64,000 nucleotides of DNA from Barthelona sp. PCE (GCA_040285745.1 JAUFOR010000008.1:1-64000); one strand, 5' to 3'; shown: positions 34,200-50,300, counted from the stretch's first letter. Numbers and translations are program-made. The notes: generated by a model not told the origin, from the sequence alone.

Positions 34200-37100
34200 T
34201 TATCCTCTATCCTACACCTTGGATGGTTTACTGAAGTTTTTGACAGCCTGCATGTTGGGAGGGCAGAACAGAACCGTTAGACAGGACAGGTACGGATCAA
34301 TCAAGATACCACCGCACGCTACGTACCCGTAGAGCCATGATTAGTGGCTAACTGTCTCGCTATTGAAAATAAATATGACGAAATTTTGTAAAATTTCTTG
34401 ATAAAATTTTACCTGGCGTTCTTTCTGCAACTAGGATATAATTTTGAAGAGATGAATGAAAGACTTTTCTTGGATAATCCAGCACAAGAATGTGTGCGGA
34501 GTAGTTTTTCCAGCTGAAAAAAAAACAACAAAAGTTTCGAAGATTATGTCGGAAATTTAACTTTCTGGTTTTGTCTTTTTTTAATTTTTTTTGAATTCAG
34601 GAAAGAAATTGAAAAGCAGTTACTGAGTTCGAGTAACTTAGCTAGGATTATTCTTTAACTCTCACTATCAGTGTATGTCATCTGGGTTTCAGGTGCATCA
34701 AGATTCCGATTGCCATCAACTACATTATCCTCTATCCTACACCTTGGATGGTTTACTGAAGTGACAGCCTGCATGTTGGGAGGGCAGACAGAACGAACCG
34801 TTAGACAGGACATGGCAGGATCAATCAAGATACCACCCATTCTCGTATCTGGTTTATACTGTACAGTTCCCCGGCATGGCGTACTCCAGGTCGTGAATAT
34901 CCAGGTAATACTTATTCATGGTTTCATTGGCGCTCCAGCCCCCAATCTGTCTGGCTGTGTCTTTGTCACCATGAATTTTGATTTTAATATCTTGGCATCT
35001 CCCCGCTCTTGTGGCGTGGGGTTGAATCCGGCCTCAGGCGGTGCACCTATGAGGTTTGGATCGTCAAAGACGGTGTTAAACCTTTTAGAATTTTGCTTCC
35101 CGGTCTTTTTTGCTCCTGTACCTAGGAGTAACTTGGTACCCTGCCGCTTCGTTTCAGTGCATGCACAATAAACGGCGCAAATACACTTTCGTACCAATAT
35201 TTTTTGGAATTGTTGCAAAACGTCCTTTTCGGCTTTTTTCCCTTGCGTTTTTATGCTTTGGGATCACCACTGAGAGGGATTTCTCCATGCTATTTTCATG
35301 AAGAGTGATCTCAAGGTGTCGTTTTTCTATAAAATTCAATTCTCCCGATCTACAACCGAGAATGTAGTGGATCGACAGTATTTGGCAGTCCAGGATGCAT
35401 TGTTCGACCTCCCTGTGAGACCATAGCACTTATTTGGTCTCGTGGAGAAAAAAATGTCCTCTCGGGCTTCATGATAGACTCATGGGCGCTCTCTTGGACG
35501 AGAACAGCAGCCTCTGGACCAGACGCTGCCTGGCACATTAACTGTATAATTTGAGGGATTGCTCCACTTTCATCGGTTGCGGATGATCTTTCGCGCTGAA
35601 ATGAGGTACTGCCTGTCTTTATCACAGGCGTCCTCCCAGCAACCAGTTGTAAGCAGTCTAATAACTCTCAGGGGAGCTTTTGAAGGATCCGTATGTATCA
35701 AAGAGTGCTACTCTTGTAATACAGGATTAGGGCTGTGTTGCCTTCGGGCGATTCGCCCTTTTTCGGCTCTCTTCCGCTAGGTCAGCTATGCATAAACCTA
35801 CTAACAGATTGCAGTGGCTTGGTTTTTTATCCAGCCATACATCCTCCATATTGCATTCCTGATTAGCTTTCAATGTACTGTCTAAATAGTTTGAGGGCGG
35901 TCCTGGCTGTAGCAAGGAACCTTTTCTGAAGAACAGCGGGAGATCGTCAATTCTCATTGTATTGGCTGGAAACCTAAAGTGTTTTTCACTATGGGGGGAC
36001 GTCTATCTTCACGAAGTCAGTGTTGCCCTTCCACAAGCTTCCTGCTTGTACAGCCTTTGATTTGACAGGAAAAATTTTTCCGGGTTGATGGTAATTTCGC
36101 ACATTTCTTTTTCCATGGACGAACGAACTGCGATACCACTTACCCCACACGGGTGCAGATGGGAGAGGTTGTAACTTCACTCTGATAGTAACACCGGTCC
36201 TGAGGGCCGCTAGTAAAATAATTTCCTAACAACGCCGCTGCTGCTGACTGGGCAGGGGACCATCTGTTCTGACTGTGTGGCTCTCTCTTCCGATCATATC
36301 TATCTCAAACTTCGGTTTAGAGCAGGGGACTGTGTATCTTATATCTTCCAGTCCCTCAACCACTGGTGTTGTATCAATTTTGTCTTCTTTCAGTTTTAAA
36401 GAAGGTGCCCGTTAGCTTGGGCAGTCCCTGTCGTCCTCGATACGGGCATAAAAGCTAAATCCTTTTAAATGTTTTCAAAACAAGTTCATTGCCTTGGATG
36501 CAGCCAACTGGGCAGCCGCTCTTGTCTATTTTGCTCTCGCTGAGGGGGGGCTGGTATGGTGGCTCATAAGCGCTTGGGACGACAGAATTTGGGAATTATA
36601 ATCTCCTTTTGGGGAACAGGCTCTTGAAGAATGTTTCCCCTCGTTTTTTCCAGCAGACTGGCTCTCCACGTGAGGGCCATGTCCGGAAGGTGATTAAGTA
36701 CAGAGGAACGTAAAATCGCTTCCACAACAAAGGTCCTTCTCTTGGCAGAATCTTGCCAAGGTCCGGGCAACATCGTTGAGGACGGTATTGCGCGACGTTA
36801 GTTTTGTTCGTCGCAGCTACCACATTAGTGTTATCGCAATACCAGACGAGATATCCATTGGATAGTTTGGACCCGGGGCTGTACAGCAGCATAGCCATCA
36901 GGGTTCCATCTCCCGCTGGCGATCGACAGTTTTGTTTCTGGATCGCTTTTCGCTTTATCTTTTGCTGACAGCATGTTCAGCAAGTCGATGAAGTTCATTC
37001 TTGGCAAGATCATTGCCGCCTACACTGCAAGTAGCAGGTGCTCAAAAACAGGTTTCATCAACATCATCCGTTTGTAAGCTGGCCTGGCTACCTATTTTTC

Positions 37101-40100
37101 TCTTCACTTACAGCAGCGTCTTATTAGGACCCACTTTTTTTCTGGTGGAAAGAAGGGGTTGTGGTGGAAAATCGTGATCAGCTAAACTCGCAGGAGGTAC
37201 AAGCAGGGTGGTGTGCCTCGTTTGTACCGATGAATCAGTGGAGACCCGCTGGTAGGGTCTGTTGCCTTTGGCTGGGCCTCGATCTGGCCGTGTTCATGAT
37301 GCTGGACCTCCTTCAGGTCTTGGTCGCCGATCGTGAGCGATCTCGTCATGAACCACTTGGTTATTTTTCTAGGAATGCCATCTTTATCCTTTAGTGCTTC
37401 GTGTATGATGGCATTGATCGTAATGGCGGAGCATGTGGCTTTCTGCTAGCCGCCCCCCTAAACGCCGTGCACTTCGATGCAAGTTCTACAAGTCTTTTCA
37501 GCAGGATTTCCTTGCATGATGTGAGCTTATGGGCCAGTTCTTGAGCCTTCAGCGCGATCTTACGGCAATTAGCATCGCGGTGCTAATGCCACTTTCATAT
37601 TTGGATCGTCCGGCGATCCAAGGTAGATGATGGTGAAACCTATCACATCTAATTTCTTACATGGTTCGACAGATTTTTTCTTGTTGATAGTGATATCAGC
37701 CAGAAACAGATTAAGCGAGCAGACGCATGGCGTCGCTAGCACTACAGTATCTGCCTCTTCGATCTGGGGATTGCCATCCGAAAACATCGTCTATGTAGGC
37801 CCATAGTTGGTAACCTAGAGCACGCATAGGTGCTAGGGGCTGGGTTCATCAACGCTGAGATATAGCAGGGCCAAACGTGACTCGAAGCACAACTTTGTGC
37901 ACCGGTAAAAAAGCCGCCGTTGAGGGAAAATGTAAAGAACTTTTGAAAGTCTTCCGCAATGGGGATGAGATGGAAACCGTTGGATGCATCGATGGAGAAC
38001 AAATCATCGTTCAGGTTTACCAGGTTAAATAACCGCACCTTGGGCAGTTCCATTGGGAACATGTTAAACATGTCGTTAATCGGGTGCAATCAGTGATAAT
38101 TCTTATATCACTTATTGAGACATCTTCGAAACACTCCTCAATGTCTTCTCGACCGGCCCAGTCTTGGCTGAGGCATCAATGGCCGATTGTTCGTGCCTTT
38201 GGGCACCACACCGATTTTAATAAAGCTGTTTTTTACGCCAACAGGGAGTTTCGACATTTCCGACACTGGGTCATGATCCAGCTTAACAAAGGCGTCGCTT
38301 TTTTCTATCTTTTCCTGTACTAGGAGGAGATGCGTGATCCATCCTCAAACCAGTTTTCTTGTGGACCGTTAAACGGTTCTTTACAGATTTGAAAAACGTT
38401 TTTGATTGCTCATGACGTGATGGGCGCTTACTCCGTGCGTCAACATTGATTGAAGGTTGGTGGAATGGCCAACACTCAAGCCTGCGATTTTTTTGCCAAA
38501 ATATCGATGCGTTGACAGTTCGACGAGGAGCGCATATGGGCTCGTCTGTATCGTATGCTCCATGAATTCCTCTGCCTTGTCTAGATCTATTTCTAGCTCC
38601 CGTATTTTTAGGCCGGGGATAGCGTCCATGAGAGACGCTGGCGGAGCTAGCTCAGCCCAACCAGATAGGTTGGGGCCTGTATACCTACCGTCTCTCGCTC
38701 TACGCTGGGGTTCCTCAATGCTGGCTGAGATTGGCCTGGCATTTTTCTGTACCGCAACGTTAAAGGCGGTTTTGAACCCCTCAGCACTCAGAGTAGGTTC
38801 TACTGGACCTACAACTGGGGAGACGAGGGTTTTGATGGTGGTGGTGGAGGTGGCAACCCCTGAACAGGTTCTGGTGCGATAGTGTGGGATTTTTTGGGGC
38901 TGTGACGCGCTATGTCCATGTATGGGTCCCTATCGCGGATGGCAGCCGCTAAATCTGCCTTAAGTTTGGGGATAATGGCGCTTTTTTTTGCTTCAGCTTT
39001 GCGCTTTCTGCGCTTTTGATCCTCAAAAGATCTCGGATTTCGAGAAGGGTATCGTCGTGTGGGTCCAACGGCACCTCACAGTGCTGTGGCGACTCGACGC
39101 GGGTGGGAAAACCTCTCAACTGGGTTAGATTTACAAGCAGAGAGACTCGTCATCTCACTTTCTCCTGCTTCGCCGCGGTCTCCCTGGGTTGCTTATACTT
39201 GGGAGACGCCCATGGGGACAACGCGTCAATGAACAGCGTCGGGCGGCCGGGAGGTGTCTTACGAGGGAAATTTATCTCATTCACACAACTTGCAATAGCT
39301 GAGGCGTCGGTTTCGAGATTCTTTCCAAGGCCTTCATGTAATCAGAGTTTCTATGGCCGATCCAGAGGCTGATGGCGGTGAGCATGACGGGGGCGAGTTT
39401 CCTCCGAGACTTCGTCGCTGCCTATGACTGCCATCATCTTGTTACGCCCCCTGGCTGTCTGTTGATGTCTACTGAGAGTAAAGAAGACGAGAAAGAGGTG
39501 GAAAACGTAGATTTACGTTTCTTCCCTCTTTTGAGACTTATTATTTTATTTATTTTAAGGAATCGATGCAGAAAGATGTGCGATTTTTGGTGGAGATGGA
39601 CGTGCAGTGGCAAGATTTCTGCACGAGACGATATTGGAAAATTCAAATGAAAAAGATTTCATTGTGCGTGCTTTACGCATGTTTTCGATTAAATACAGGA
39701 GGACTACCGATAGTGTCCTTAAGGAACATATTGAGGATGTCCTACTCAAGCTCCTTCCACTCTGTTTGAAAGCTCCTGCATGCTCTAAGAAGATTGGAGA
39801 GTTGGTGGCTAAAGATGATGTTAAGCAACAAAGTGGTAGGGAGGACAAAGTAGTGTCGGAAGTATTTGTAACTGAATTTTTTCGATTCTTTAAAGGAGAA
39901 TTGTGCTGACCAGGATGTCAGTACTGCTACGTCCTTTAAAGCCGTTGCTGAGACGATTGATATGCTACGGTTTACGTTCCCCTATGAAGATCCAAAGGGT
40001 GAAGAACATGAGAGGACTATTGTTATTGAGAACCATAAATCAGGAGGCCGAACATATTGAAACGTTGGGGAGTTTCTTCTCATTATCGCTGGATAAGGAG

Positions 40101-43100
40101 ACTTTGCCGCCGATTGGAGAGATTCAAAGTGCGTCGAGAGCTTAGGTGCTATGAATCCTATTAGGATGGCTTGGGATGGTAAATCTGTACGAGATCTTGC
40201 TGCCAAGAAGTTGGTGTCATTTGATGACAAGATCAACAAGCATCTGAATAGGATTACGACGTTTAATGGATATATCGCAGATATTAATATGGCTGATGTG
40301 TTGAAGAATGATTATTTCGATGATAACGATCAGCTTATAAGTTTCATGAAGATGATGTTGTGCCCGAAGACATGGGTCACCATTTTTTTGCGCAGGAGGC
40401 TATTTATCACCCTGAGCGAATCGAGGGTAGGGGCTCAAGAGGCTGCTAACCAGATGGCTTGGGATTTCTTTAAGTCAATTCGGGAGAAAGCTGGCATTTT
40501 GGGGAAGAATTTGTTAGCAAACCGAGGGTTAATAACAAACCTCGTTCGAATGTTGTCCATAAGACCTCATCTACTAAGACTTCATCTAAGTCTAAAAGGT
40601 GGTAAATGAGGAACGGCCAGTGGTTCGTCTGGTTCGTGTAGTAAATCAGCGAAATCACAAGGCCTTAAATTTAAACCCCTGATATTAAATCTAACCCCCC
40701 CTGAGCCGCAGAGCTCTAACGTCCCCTATTGCTGCTTGTACTGATAGGGTTGCTAGGATGGAAAGACAAATCCTGAAGAACAAAATGGACGTTGAATTTA
40801 TTAGTAACTCGTTGTGTGAAGCTTCATTTGAAGTTATGCGATGATTCAATGGCGTACCATGCCCTCCATGACCCTGGTGGTTGTGTTGAGGAAGGAAAAG
40901 AAGCCCTCAGTTGCAGTGCAGAAGGATCTTAAAAAATCCGTGATTTTGCACGATAATAAGAAATTGATTGGCCAGAGACCCTTGTTCATTGCTCTGACAT
41001 TGCTAATAGTGATTGTAATGCTAGAACTCGCGGCACAGATAATTTTTCTAAGGTTCTCCTTAAAGGTTGTTCGTGCGATGATGATATTGCTCCTCCCGTG
41101 CGTAAACCGATTGGCAAACCCAATTGTGCTGGTAAGATTGCGAAGCCTCTTGTTGCTAAGAAGATTGTAGAAAAGCCCGTTAAAAAGGCTGTGATACCGT
41201 CCACGCCGGATAAAGAAGCGAAACCTGTGAAAAACCCGATACCGAAACCTGTTCCAAAGAAGGTTAAGAAGAAAAAGCCGAAATTGAAAGAAAGAAAGCA
41301 TAAAAGTGCCGTTATCGAAGTTTCCAGCTATTGAAGAGAGCAAGGTATTGAAGAAGCTTGATAAGATGGAAGACTGTCGATAAACTAACGAAAGCAATTA
41401 CCGGCAAGAAAGAACCCCATCTCGTTACGGTTAAGGATCCTTCCATTATGAAAGATCCTCCTATCATTGAGAAGGACACTTCTCCCCTGATGACAGTGAC
41501 TCCCAACTGTTTGTTAAGGATGACAGTGGCTTATTGTCTTTAGACCCGAAGACTGAGGCGTTTGATGATGAATTGGCTAGAATCAATGATATGAGTAAGA
41601 CGTTACCTGCTACTATGAAGAGACCATCTGCTGCAGTACTGGGTACGAAGGAAAAACGTCAATATTTTGATGATGAAAACGTGCTGCTCTTAGATAGTAG
41701 CCCTGATGACTTGTTTACCTTACCGTTTCACTCAAAATTCTGGAGATTGATATTGAAACTATATATTCGTCAATCACATGACGGTTTCGTCGCTGACCTG
41801 ACAGAACGAGGAAGAGAGGTATACCGCGCCTATAGGGGCGGTCCCGATCAGGATTTGCATGTCCCGTTTCCGAGACCCGGCCCAGGAGCTGCTCCTGGTT
41901 GTGCTCTTAATTTCCAAAGTCAGTTAGCTTACTTGACTGTCGTAATGGGTGGAAAATTTTCTCCTTCAATGACATTTGCTATGGAAATTTTGAAACCTCT
42001 GGATGATCACCGTTCGTTCTTTAAGTATCCGGAACAAGCTAAAATTCTTGAGCTCTTTTGCGAAACGTGCTGGTGTTTATTCCTCAAAAACGTTTGACAG
42101 GTTACTGTTGAAGAATACTGAGGATTTCTTGGACATGGATAAGCTTCCTGCTTTGAAAACGAAAGCTCAGGAGATACTCAGTGACATTGACAACTATGAT
42201 GACAACTGGATCGATGACGACCGTGTTGCTGAGGTAAAAAGAAATTGCTGGCGGACATGGTTAAAGTTGATCCCAGCGATTACCATAAGATAAATGCTAT
42301 TAACAGGATTGGCTCAGTTAAGAGAAAGGTGTTGACGGGTGCGTCAGATATTTGACTCTTCTGCTGCCGGCGGTGTTCATGAGGTAAAGCAAACACTTTA
42401 TTTTTTCCCCATTCAAGATTGATGAACTTGCATTGATCCCAAGGGGTTCTTACCTTGCTAGTATCGACCTTAGCTCTAGTTTCCTGCACTTTGATATGTC
42501 TAAGAACATGGATATCGCTAATTGTATGGCTTGTATTATTGATGGTGAAGTTTATGTGGCTGATCGTGCACCATTTGGTGCCGTGATTAATAACAACCTC
42601 TTATGTACGTTGACTGGATTGTTAACTGCAATAATGAACAACTTTGATTTTTCCTTTTTGTTAGTTATGTCGATGATACTCTTGCTTTTTGGTACTGAAT
42701 CGCAGGTCACGTGCTATTCAGACATACACAACGATTTGCAAACTGATTGGTCTGAAAGTTAATGACGAAAAAATCAGTTACATCCCCAGCTGCTTCGGTT
42801 GATTTCTTAGGCTTTACTATCAAGTCAAACCCCGAGAACCGCGACGATCACATCAAGATTCGCCTATGCGAGAAGAGAAAGTTGAAAATGATTGAAGAAT
42901 GCAAAACGACTTTCTACACACTCTTCGGTTCTACTAAGGTTGCTGGAGGCTTCATTGTCAATGAGAATGTTACGCCTTTCGTTGAAGACCCTGACTCCCT
43001 GGAGAAGGAAGAGCTAGAATCGACCCTTGGTGATGATGTTGTATTGAAAGACGACGATGGTAAGTATATTGTGCCATCCTTATATGACATACAACGTCTT

Positions 43101-46100
43101 ATAGGGTTATTTGAATCTGCTGAAATATTGTCAACATTGTACACGATGGTGGCATCTCAACTCCGCGAACTTGTGCGAGATAACGTAAGATTCCACAAGA
43201 AGATCGGCGTGGATAGCAAAGTACCTGTGTTAACTGCTGAGGAAATGAAGAGATTACATGTTAAAGTACACAAATTTAGTATACTGAATGCAATCGCACA
43301 CGTCTTTGATTCTGAGTTATACCATAATGATTTCAAGGAGACTCGCATACGTTCGATGGACTTTACTACGTTTTCGGATGCTAGATTGAATGACTCAGTT
43401 GAAGGATACTCGGCTTTAATTTTTTGATATGCATACTCTTGAGTGTAAGGGAATGTTCGCTGAGAGTGATGTGAAACCTGGCGATATGCATAGGAACGTT
43501 AAGGCTGAGACTGACAGCTATACGATCGCTGCTGCAGAGCTAAATCCGATTCTAAGAATGATTTCACTTAAAGCAGAACAATTGAGTAATTGCGGTGTTC
43601 GTGTTGTAACTGATAACACTGTAGTTGCATACAACTTGAGATCCTTGATGGCCCCCAAGGGAAGGGTGCACCTCCTGAGCTGAAGGCTGCCCTTATGGAC
43701 TTATTCGAAATTTGTTATTCTAATAATATTACTATCCGTGTTGCGTACATACAGAGCGGCAAGAACTTGGTTGCTGATTACTTGTCACGCGGAATTACAG
43801 TTAATTATGATGAATTTATAAGTTTAGTTGGAAGATGGATATACCTACTCTTATTCTAATTGAAAAAGGTATTCCTCCAACCTTTTCGTCACCGTTGTTG
43901 TTTGATGGTTTACCTGTCGCTGATGGTGTGTCAACCAAGGGTCTATCTAAGCGCCATAAACAGATGATGATGGCCGAGATCCAGTATGGTTACAAATTTT
44001 CTGATATCGGTCCTTACCGAGGTGTTCCTGGCGAGGGCACCAAGCAGGCCTTTATGCAGAATGAACTCGCTGGTTGTATGAAGGATGTGTACTTAACTAA
44101 GGATGAGATCCAATTACAGATCACGGCTGGGAATCCGGTCATTTCAAAAATTGATATTTTCAATTCTTTCTTAGAGTACTCACAATTTACTGTATCGTAC
44201 CGCAAGGAAGAGAAGCACGTAGTACTTCTGATGATATTACCGTGAACCACATGTCTGTCCACGACGTGATTACACATGCTTGTTTTCGGCTACTAGATAT
44301 AACAGTGTAATTAAGATCAGGTTCTCTGAACCCTGCCCATTTTCAGCTGCTTGGGCATTACATGAGGTGCGAATGATTGAATCTGATGGTGTCCAGAAGT
44401 TTGAGATGACGATCGATCCTGAATTTTCGGTTCATGCGTCGTCGAAGAGTACTGACCTTAGGTACTCAGGGGTTCCTACTAACCAGAGAGTTGTACGTAA
44501 GGAACTGATTCCTACTAAGAAGATTCTCCCCCATTTAGTATTTCGAAATTTGAAGAATATGTCGACCAATTTTATCCCCCCATCAAGAGCGAAAAGGATG
44601 GCCTCGAGAATTAAACTGTTTATCAAAGTGGGTAATTGCCCGCTACAAGCTACCTAACGCAGTTATTGCGAGGAGATACTTGACAATCCACTATATTACC
44701 AAATTTATACATGCTAAATACCTTCAGTTGAAGAATGTAACATTACGCAATGGCAAAACAGAAGCAGTTTACGATGGTAAAACAGAGTACAGTTTTAACT
44801 TACATCACTTCTCTGAAAGAAGCTGTTGTGGTGTATTTACACTTGTTCTGGGGAAAGGAATTAGAGTATGACCATGCATGTAAGCTGTTAATGAACTGTA
44901 CAAAAGAATTTTTATAAGAAACATGAAGAGCCCCTACTGGCATGCGTATTGCCTGTGGAAAGACTACTGTTTTGGTTACTGCTAACGAGCTTGTTAAACA
45001 GTTGTTAATGGAACTTGATGATGAGGATGATGCTATTGATAGGTGTGCCCGCTGTCAATATTATATTGTCGTGCTGGGTATCATGGGCATACTGTTTAAC
45101 TTTTGCTGCCCGACCTAGCGACCTTAAGTATATTGCAAGAGGTAGTATAAGGTGTGATATTAACAATCCTACCGTTTCGTACCGTAAGACTAAGACTACT
45201 AATCCTGGAAGGAAGGATGTTACCCTAATTGGCAACCTTTCTAATGATATGGTCCTTAAAAAGTGGATTAAGGCGATGTGTGACTTAATCAACGATACTA
45301 GCGATTCGGACCTGCTATTTGGAGAAGATGCGTCAGTTATATTATGTGATCGTTATGTTGCAACGGTGAATGAAGCTCTTCAAACGATAAAAGATCATTT
45401 AGGTATTTTATATGATCAGTACATCGAAGATGGTGCTGATAGTATGGGACTAGCTCCAGATAAAGCTCTGGTTGATGCACACAGCTTTAGAGCTGGCCGT
45501 ACCGTCGAATGGCTAAATTCAGGAATTGATACCAATGAGCTGGTTAAATGTGGCCTTTGGGCTTCATCGGTATCTCCTGAGGAACACTACAATGTTCCAT
45601 GGTTGCTAGAACCGCCCAATGCTGAGTTTACGAGTGAAATAGAAGAAGAAACGAATACCCTACTTGAGTCCATTATGGATGGGTGTAGGTACGAGGTACC
45701 TGCGTCCTCAGTAGGCTCGTCTTCTTCTGAATCCCACTCTGAAACTCAGTAAACACACTAGCAAGTTTTACTCCTTTGATAGAGTAACATGCACTCGAAG
45801 TAAGAATCATCTTGTTGCCCCTGGCTGTCTGTTGATGTCTACTGAGAGTAAAGAAAGAACGAGAAAGAGGTGGAAAACGTAGATTTACGTTTCTTCCCTC
45901 TTTTGAGACTTATTATTTTATTTATTTTTAAACTATTGTGGGTGTAGGTACGAGGTACCTGCGTCCTCAGTAGGCTCGTCTTCTTCTGAATCCCACTCTG
46001 AAACTCAGTAAACACACTAGCAAGTTTTACTCCTTTGATAGAGTAACATGCACTCGAAGTAAGAATCAAGTCTAGGATACAGTGGAGGAATGCCACTGGG

Positions 46101-47319
46101 ACTGCAGTTTTTTGACGACTAGCGTGGTATTGTCTTCTCTTCCAAGAATTTTCAGGGTTGCCGAGGCAAGTGAAGCTCTCGTTTATAATTCTATACCACC
46201 GGGAGCTATCGTTGGAGACATTGTTTTCTTCTAAAACGGGCAGGATTCCTGGGAAGAGGCCTCCGTTGTTGTAGTTGAGGGTTCTGGTGGCGCCGAACGT
46301 GGTTTTGAGGATTTCAATCAGGTTATCCCAGCCTGGCTCGGGGCCAAGCTTGGGCTCTTCCGTCATCCGAGCCATGAAGCCTTTTATCCTTCCCATGGCC
46401 TCAGGGTCAAATGGGCGGGCGAACGCATTCATGGATGGGTCTGTACCCCTTGTGGAACCACAAAGTTGGGGGCCATTTGCTCCATCAGCGCCTCCTCGAC
46501 ATACCGGGATATGTCGCCCGAATTCCCCCTGAATGTATCGATAATCTCGTCCCGCATTGCCACGATGTTACTCATGGGCGGGGGCTTGAGGACCGCCTCA
46601 AACGCGGCCTCATCAGAAGTCGCTGGTCGCCTGGAGCTTCGCACGGGCACCCTGTGCAAATTTCCTGACACGGTCATGCAGAGGATACACAAGCTTAAAA
46701 AAAAGCATGTCCCAGGCATTTTGTGCGACTCCTGAACTCGACCTCCTAAGGTCGGATGTTGCCCTTTCTTATTTCGGCCGCGGTGGCCTCCGCGGTGGGC
46801 ATGCCATGAAGAAGAAGTAACGCGTACTTCTCCCTTTCACCGTCCTCGCTGCTGCCTCTGTCCCACACCGCAGTGGGGATGGGCTCGTTATGGTTTAGCA
46901 GCGGGATCTCATCTACAATGTGCACCAATGATGCCAAGAGGACGGGTAGTACACTCTTGCACAGGTGGGACACTTTCTTGAGCTTCCAGAGCTCTGGACT
47001 ATCCTTGAGGCTATACATGGCCTCAAAAGACCATCTCTGCCATGTCCACGACCCTCCTCACGGGCTCCTTGTAGTTTGTTTTTAAATTTCTAAAACTTAA
47101 ACATTCTATTCCCTCATTTACATAACTCGACATTGAACAAAGGATTTAAATCTCAATATATATCAATCTTTGACGGGTTTTTTTTTGAATTCAGGAAAGA
47201 AATCGAAAAGCAGTTACTCGAGTCCGAGTAACTTAGCTAGGATTATTCTTTAACTCTCACTATCAGTGTATGTCATCTAGGTTTCGGGTGCATCAAGATT
47301 CCGATTGCCATCAACTACA
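34200..47319 (-). mobile_element. Element A, second copy (many frameshifts)
   Basis: Colinear with 10010-23113, with the same junctions. Confidence 0.9.
39433..46068 (+). mobile_element. Element B, second copy, nested at the same ATCA site (many frameshifts)
   Basis: Colinear with 15249-21863. Confidence 0.92.
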
Positions 47320-47328
47320 AGCAGTAAC

Positions 47329-50300
47329 AGGTCCTCTGGGGCGCCCCACGTACTCTACGACCACCAATATACGCCATTTGAGCCCATATGCCTGCGTAAG
47401 GTAGATGAAGACTTTGGTAAATTTGGGTCACGTTATGCCGGTTTTGTCAAGATACTTGTCCACAAGCTCTACTCAGAGTGTGCCTACTGCAAACTTCAGA
47501 ATTTATTTTTCCAAGATATGATTTGTGGTAGCTTATGGAGTTCACGATTTTTAACATCACTTCATTCGATCATTATGCCCCCGCACACGGGCCCAAGCTG
47601 TCCCCCCACGACACTGTGTTATCATTATATGCATGCCACGACGCTATTTTCATGGTTTCGTGCGTTTTGCAACTGTGTCGTGTTCTGTCGCTAAAACTGA
47701 CAAGTAGTGTGGTAGAATATCTCTACCGACAGTCACAGCTCAACCTTGTGACCCTTTCTCCTTACAACACATTATCAGATACATTTTCAGATACTGTATA
47801 TTTACCTTCCCGCTTCCAGAGTGGGATGATGATGATGATTATTATTTGTATGAAGAGCAAAAGTATCTAGGACTCCTCCTGCAGCTTATGTACCCAATCC
47901 AGAAATAGAGAGGGTATATGAGGATATCGAAACAATGTTAGCCAATCCAATTGTTACTACGCCACATAGTCCTTTGCAAACACTTATGTATCTTAAGGAA
48001 GATGTCAAGTACCAACTAACAGAGTTCGGTGAGCAGATGTTGTCAATAATTCAAAGGACGAAAGTTTCTTCAAACAACAGGAGAGCCCCGTCCATAGAAA
48101 TAATTCGACAAAATGTTCATGATCAGTGGAGTGGCTTGTGCACTGACGCAGATTGGTTGTCTTTACGCAGTATTGAAGGTGAGAAGATGGAAACCGTTGG
48201 TGTACGTCTTTCAAGCCCAGGTACACGAGGACAACTCGTTATTGCACATGCTATCCTGAAAGTATGCAGCACTGGCGTTGATGCAAACGAGATTGTACAT
48301 GCTATCAATGAGAAGTTTGGAGACGAGAGATTCACACATTTGGATGACACTATAAGGCGTGTCGCTTCTGAGGAAAAGGAAGATGAGCGTTGCAGGATTT
48401 TACATCCGGCAGCAATCAATTCCGTTAGAAGTGTGTCTTGTATGAAATTCAGAATGGACTCGCGTGGCCAGAATGTTTATCATTGGCAGAATGTAGAACC
48501 GTTCACGGATAATTTCTATTTCGTGATGTTTGCGTTTATCAAGGCCTGTTTGGAATTTAATGGAAGTAGAAACTTGTACGAGCTCTTCCCATTTTTTTAG
48601 TAGTAGAATGATTCCTCTACTCAGTCATATTTTTTAAGGTGGAAAGTGATCCAGAATCGCATGATTCTGTCTTCCAAGAAGTTGGAGCGCCAGCATTGGT
48701 TAACCGGAACCAGTCACAGTCACATACATTGGATGTTGACCCGGTAGATACTAACCCGACGCCTTCAATTCCTGTTACGAGCAGTGTTACCAACCAAGCT
48801 CCTCCTATTATGAGCAATGTTACATACCCAGTTTCAAGTTCTCGTATGGAATACACTTTCCCCATTTTACTGTACGACCCGCTGGTCCGATTCAATCGAC
48901 TTTGTGCAACTGACGGTAATAGCGAAATTGCTGAGAGAAGAGTTGCTGAAGATTTCTTTGGAGAACTTCTGGGCGCTTATTGCGCTAATCCACCGCGATT
49001 GCCTCAGTGGCAGAGCGGTAATATTGAAACACTTGTGAGAATCAAGGAGTTTGTCAACAAATTGTCCGGGGTCCTGGCTCTACATTCTTTACGACCAGAC
49101 CTAGACAAAGACGATGCTCTAGAAGTTTTTTAATGAGTTTGTTTTTCAGAAAGTTATCGAGAACCAAGATAATTTAATTGGTGATAAGAAATCAAAGCTA
49201 TATTTCTGTGTCCTGAAGATTGGTTTGTTAATACGGAATACTCCATTACGTGAGTCTCAACGATGTATAGGCGAGGCTCTAATAGTTGCAGCTTCTGCGC
49301 TATGTTTTGGTAAGACGCCGAGGCAACGTTCCAATCAGCCATCCGTTGAGTCTAGGGAGTCTGTAAGCCTTCGTATGAAGAAGTACGCAGACGCCAACCA
49401 ACCAGGAAAGGCCATAAGGCTAGCAAAGAGTCAAGGTACCATGCCTTTATCAGATACTAACGTGCTGGAACAGATGCAATCAAAGCATCCAGTCAGTGCA
49501 CCAGTTTCTGATGCGATTCTGCGCGAAACCATGAGTTCTTTCAAGAGGTGAGTGGGACCCTGAGGAATTCATAATATCGAAAGATATGGTGTATGAGACC
49601 ACCAAAAAAAGTCAAAAAAGTACATTTCTGCCGGTGCCGATGGGTGATGCCATATTTACTTAAGTTATTTGTGGCTGAAATCTATCGTAACGATCGCTAC
49701 ATGGATGCTTTTACTCAAGTTATCAATGATTATGCGTTCGGATCGCGCCCGTGGGCCCTTTGGAATATCCGACTAATTGCTCTTAACAAAAAGCATGTGG
49801 AGGAGCTTCAAGAGGGTGAGCATATGCCTGTACGCCCCATCGCAGTTGCCTCTGCACTCGGTGGTATCGCTGATAAGATCATCGCGAGTCAAGATCTGAA
49901 GTTTCAGTCTGAACGTGTCAAAAAAGTACTTGTTTAAACACAAACAATTCGGTGCTGGGATGCGGGATGCTACTGCTTTGGTCGCAAACCTCGTGGATGT
50001 TAATCTAAAGCGAAGTGATCGTAATGTTGCTCTTGTTATTGACATTGCTAACGCCTTCAACAGCGTTCGTCGTGACAAGCTGCTGCATATTGTCGCTGCA
50101 CATGCTCCTTGGTGCTTCCAAGCATATCATCAGATGTGCAAAAGGCCAATTCCGATTTGGTCGAATGGAGAGCGCCTTCCTTTTTTTGATAGTTGTATGG
50201 GCGTGTTACAGGGTAACGCAACGTCTCCGTTGTTGTTTGCTCTTCTTATTGCTGAAGTTTTTTGAAGGATACGAAAGCCGTAGCCCCAGATTCAGTCAAT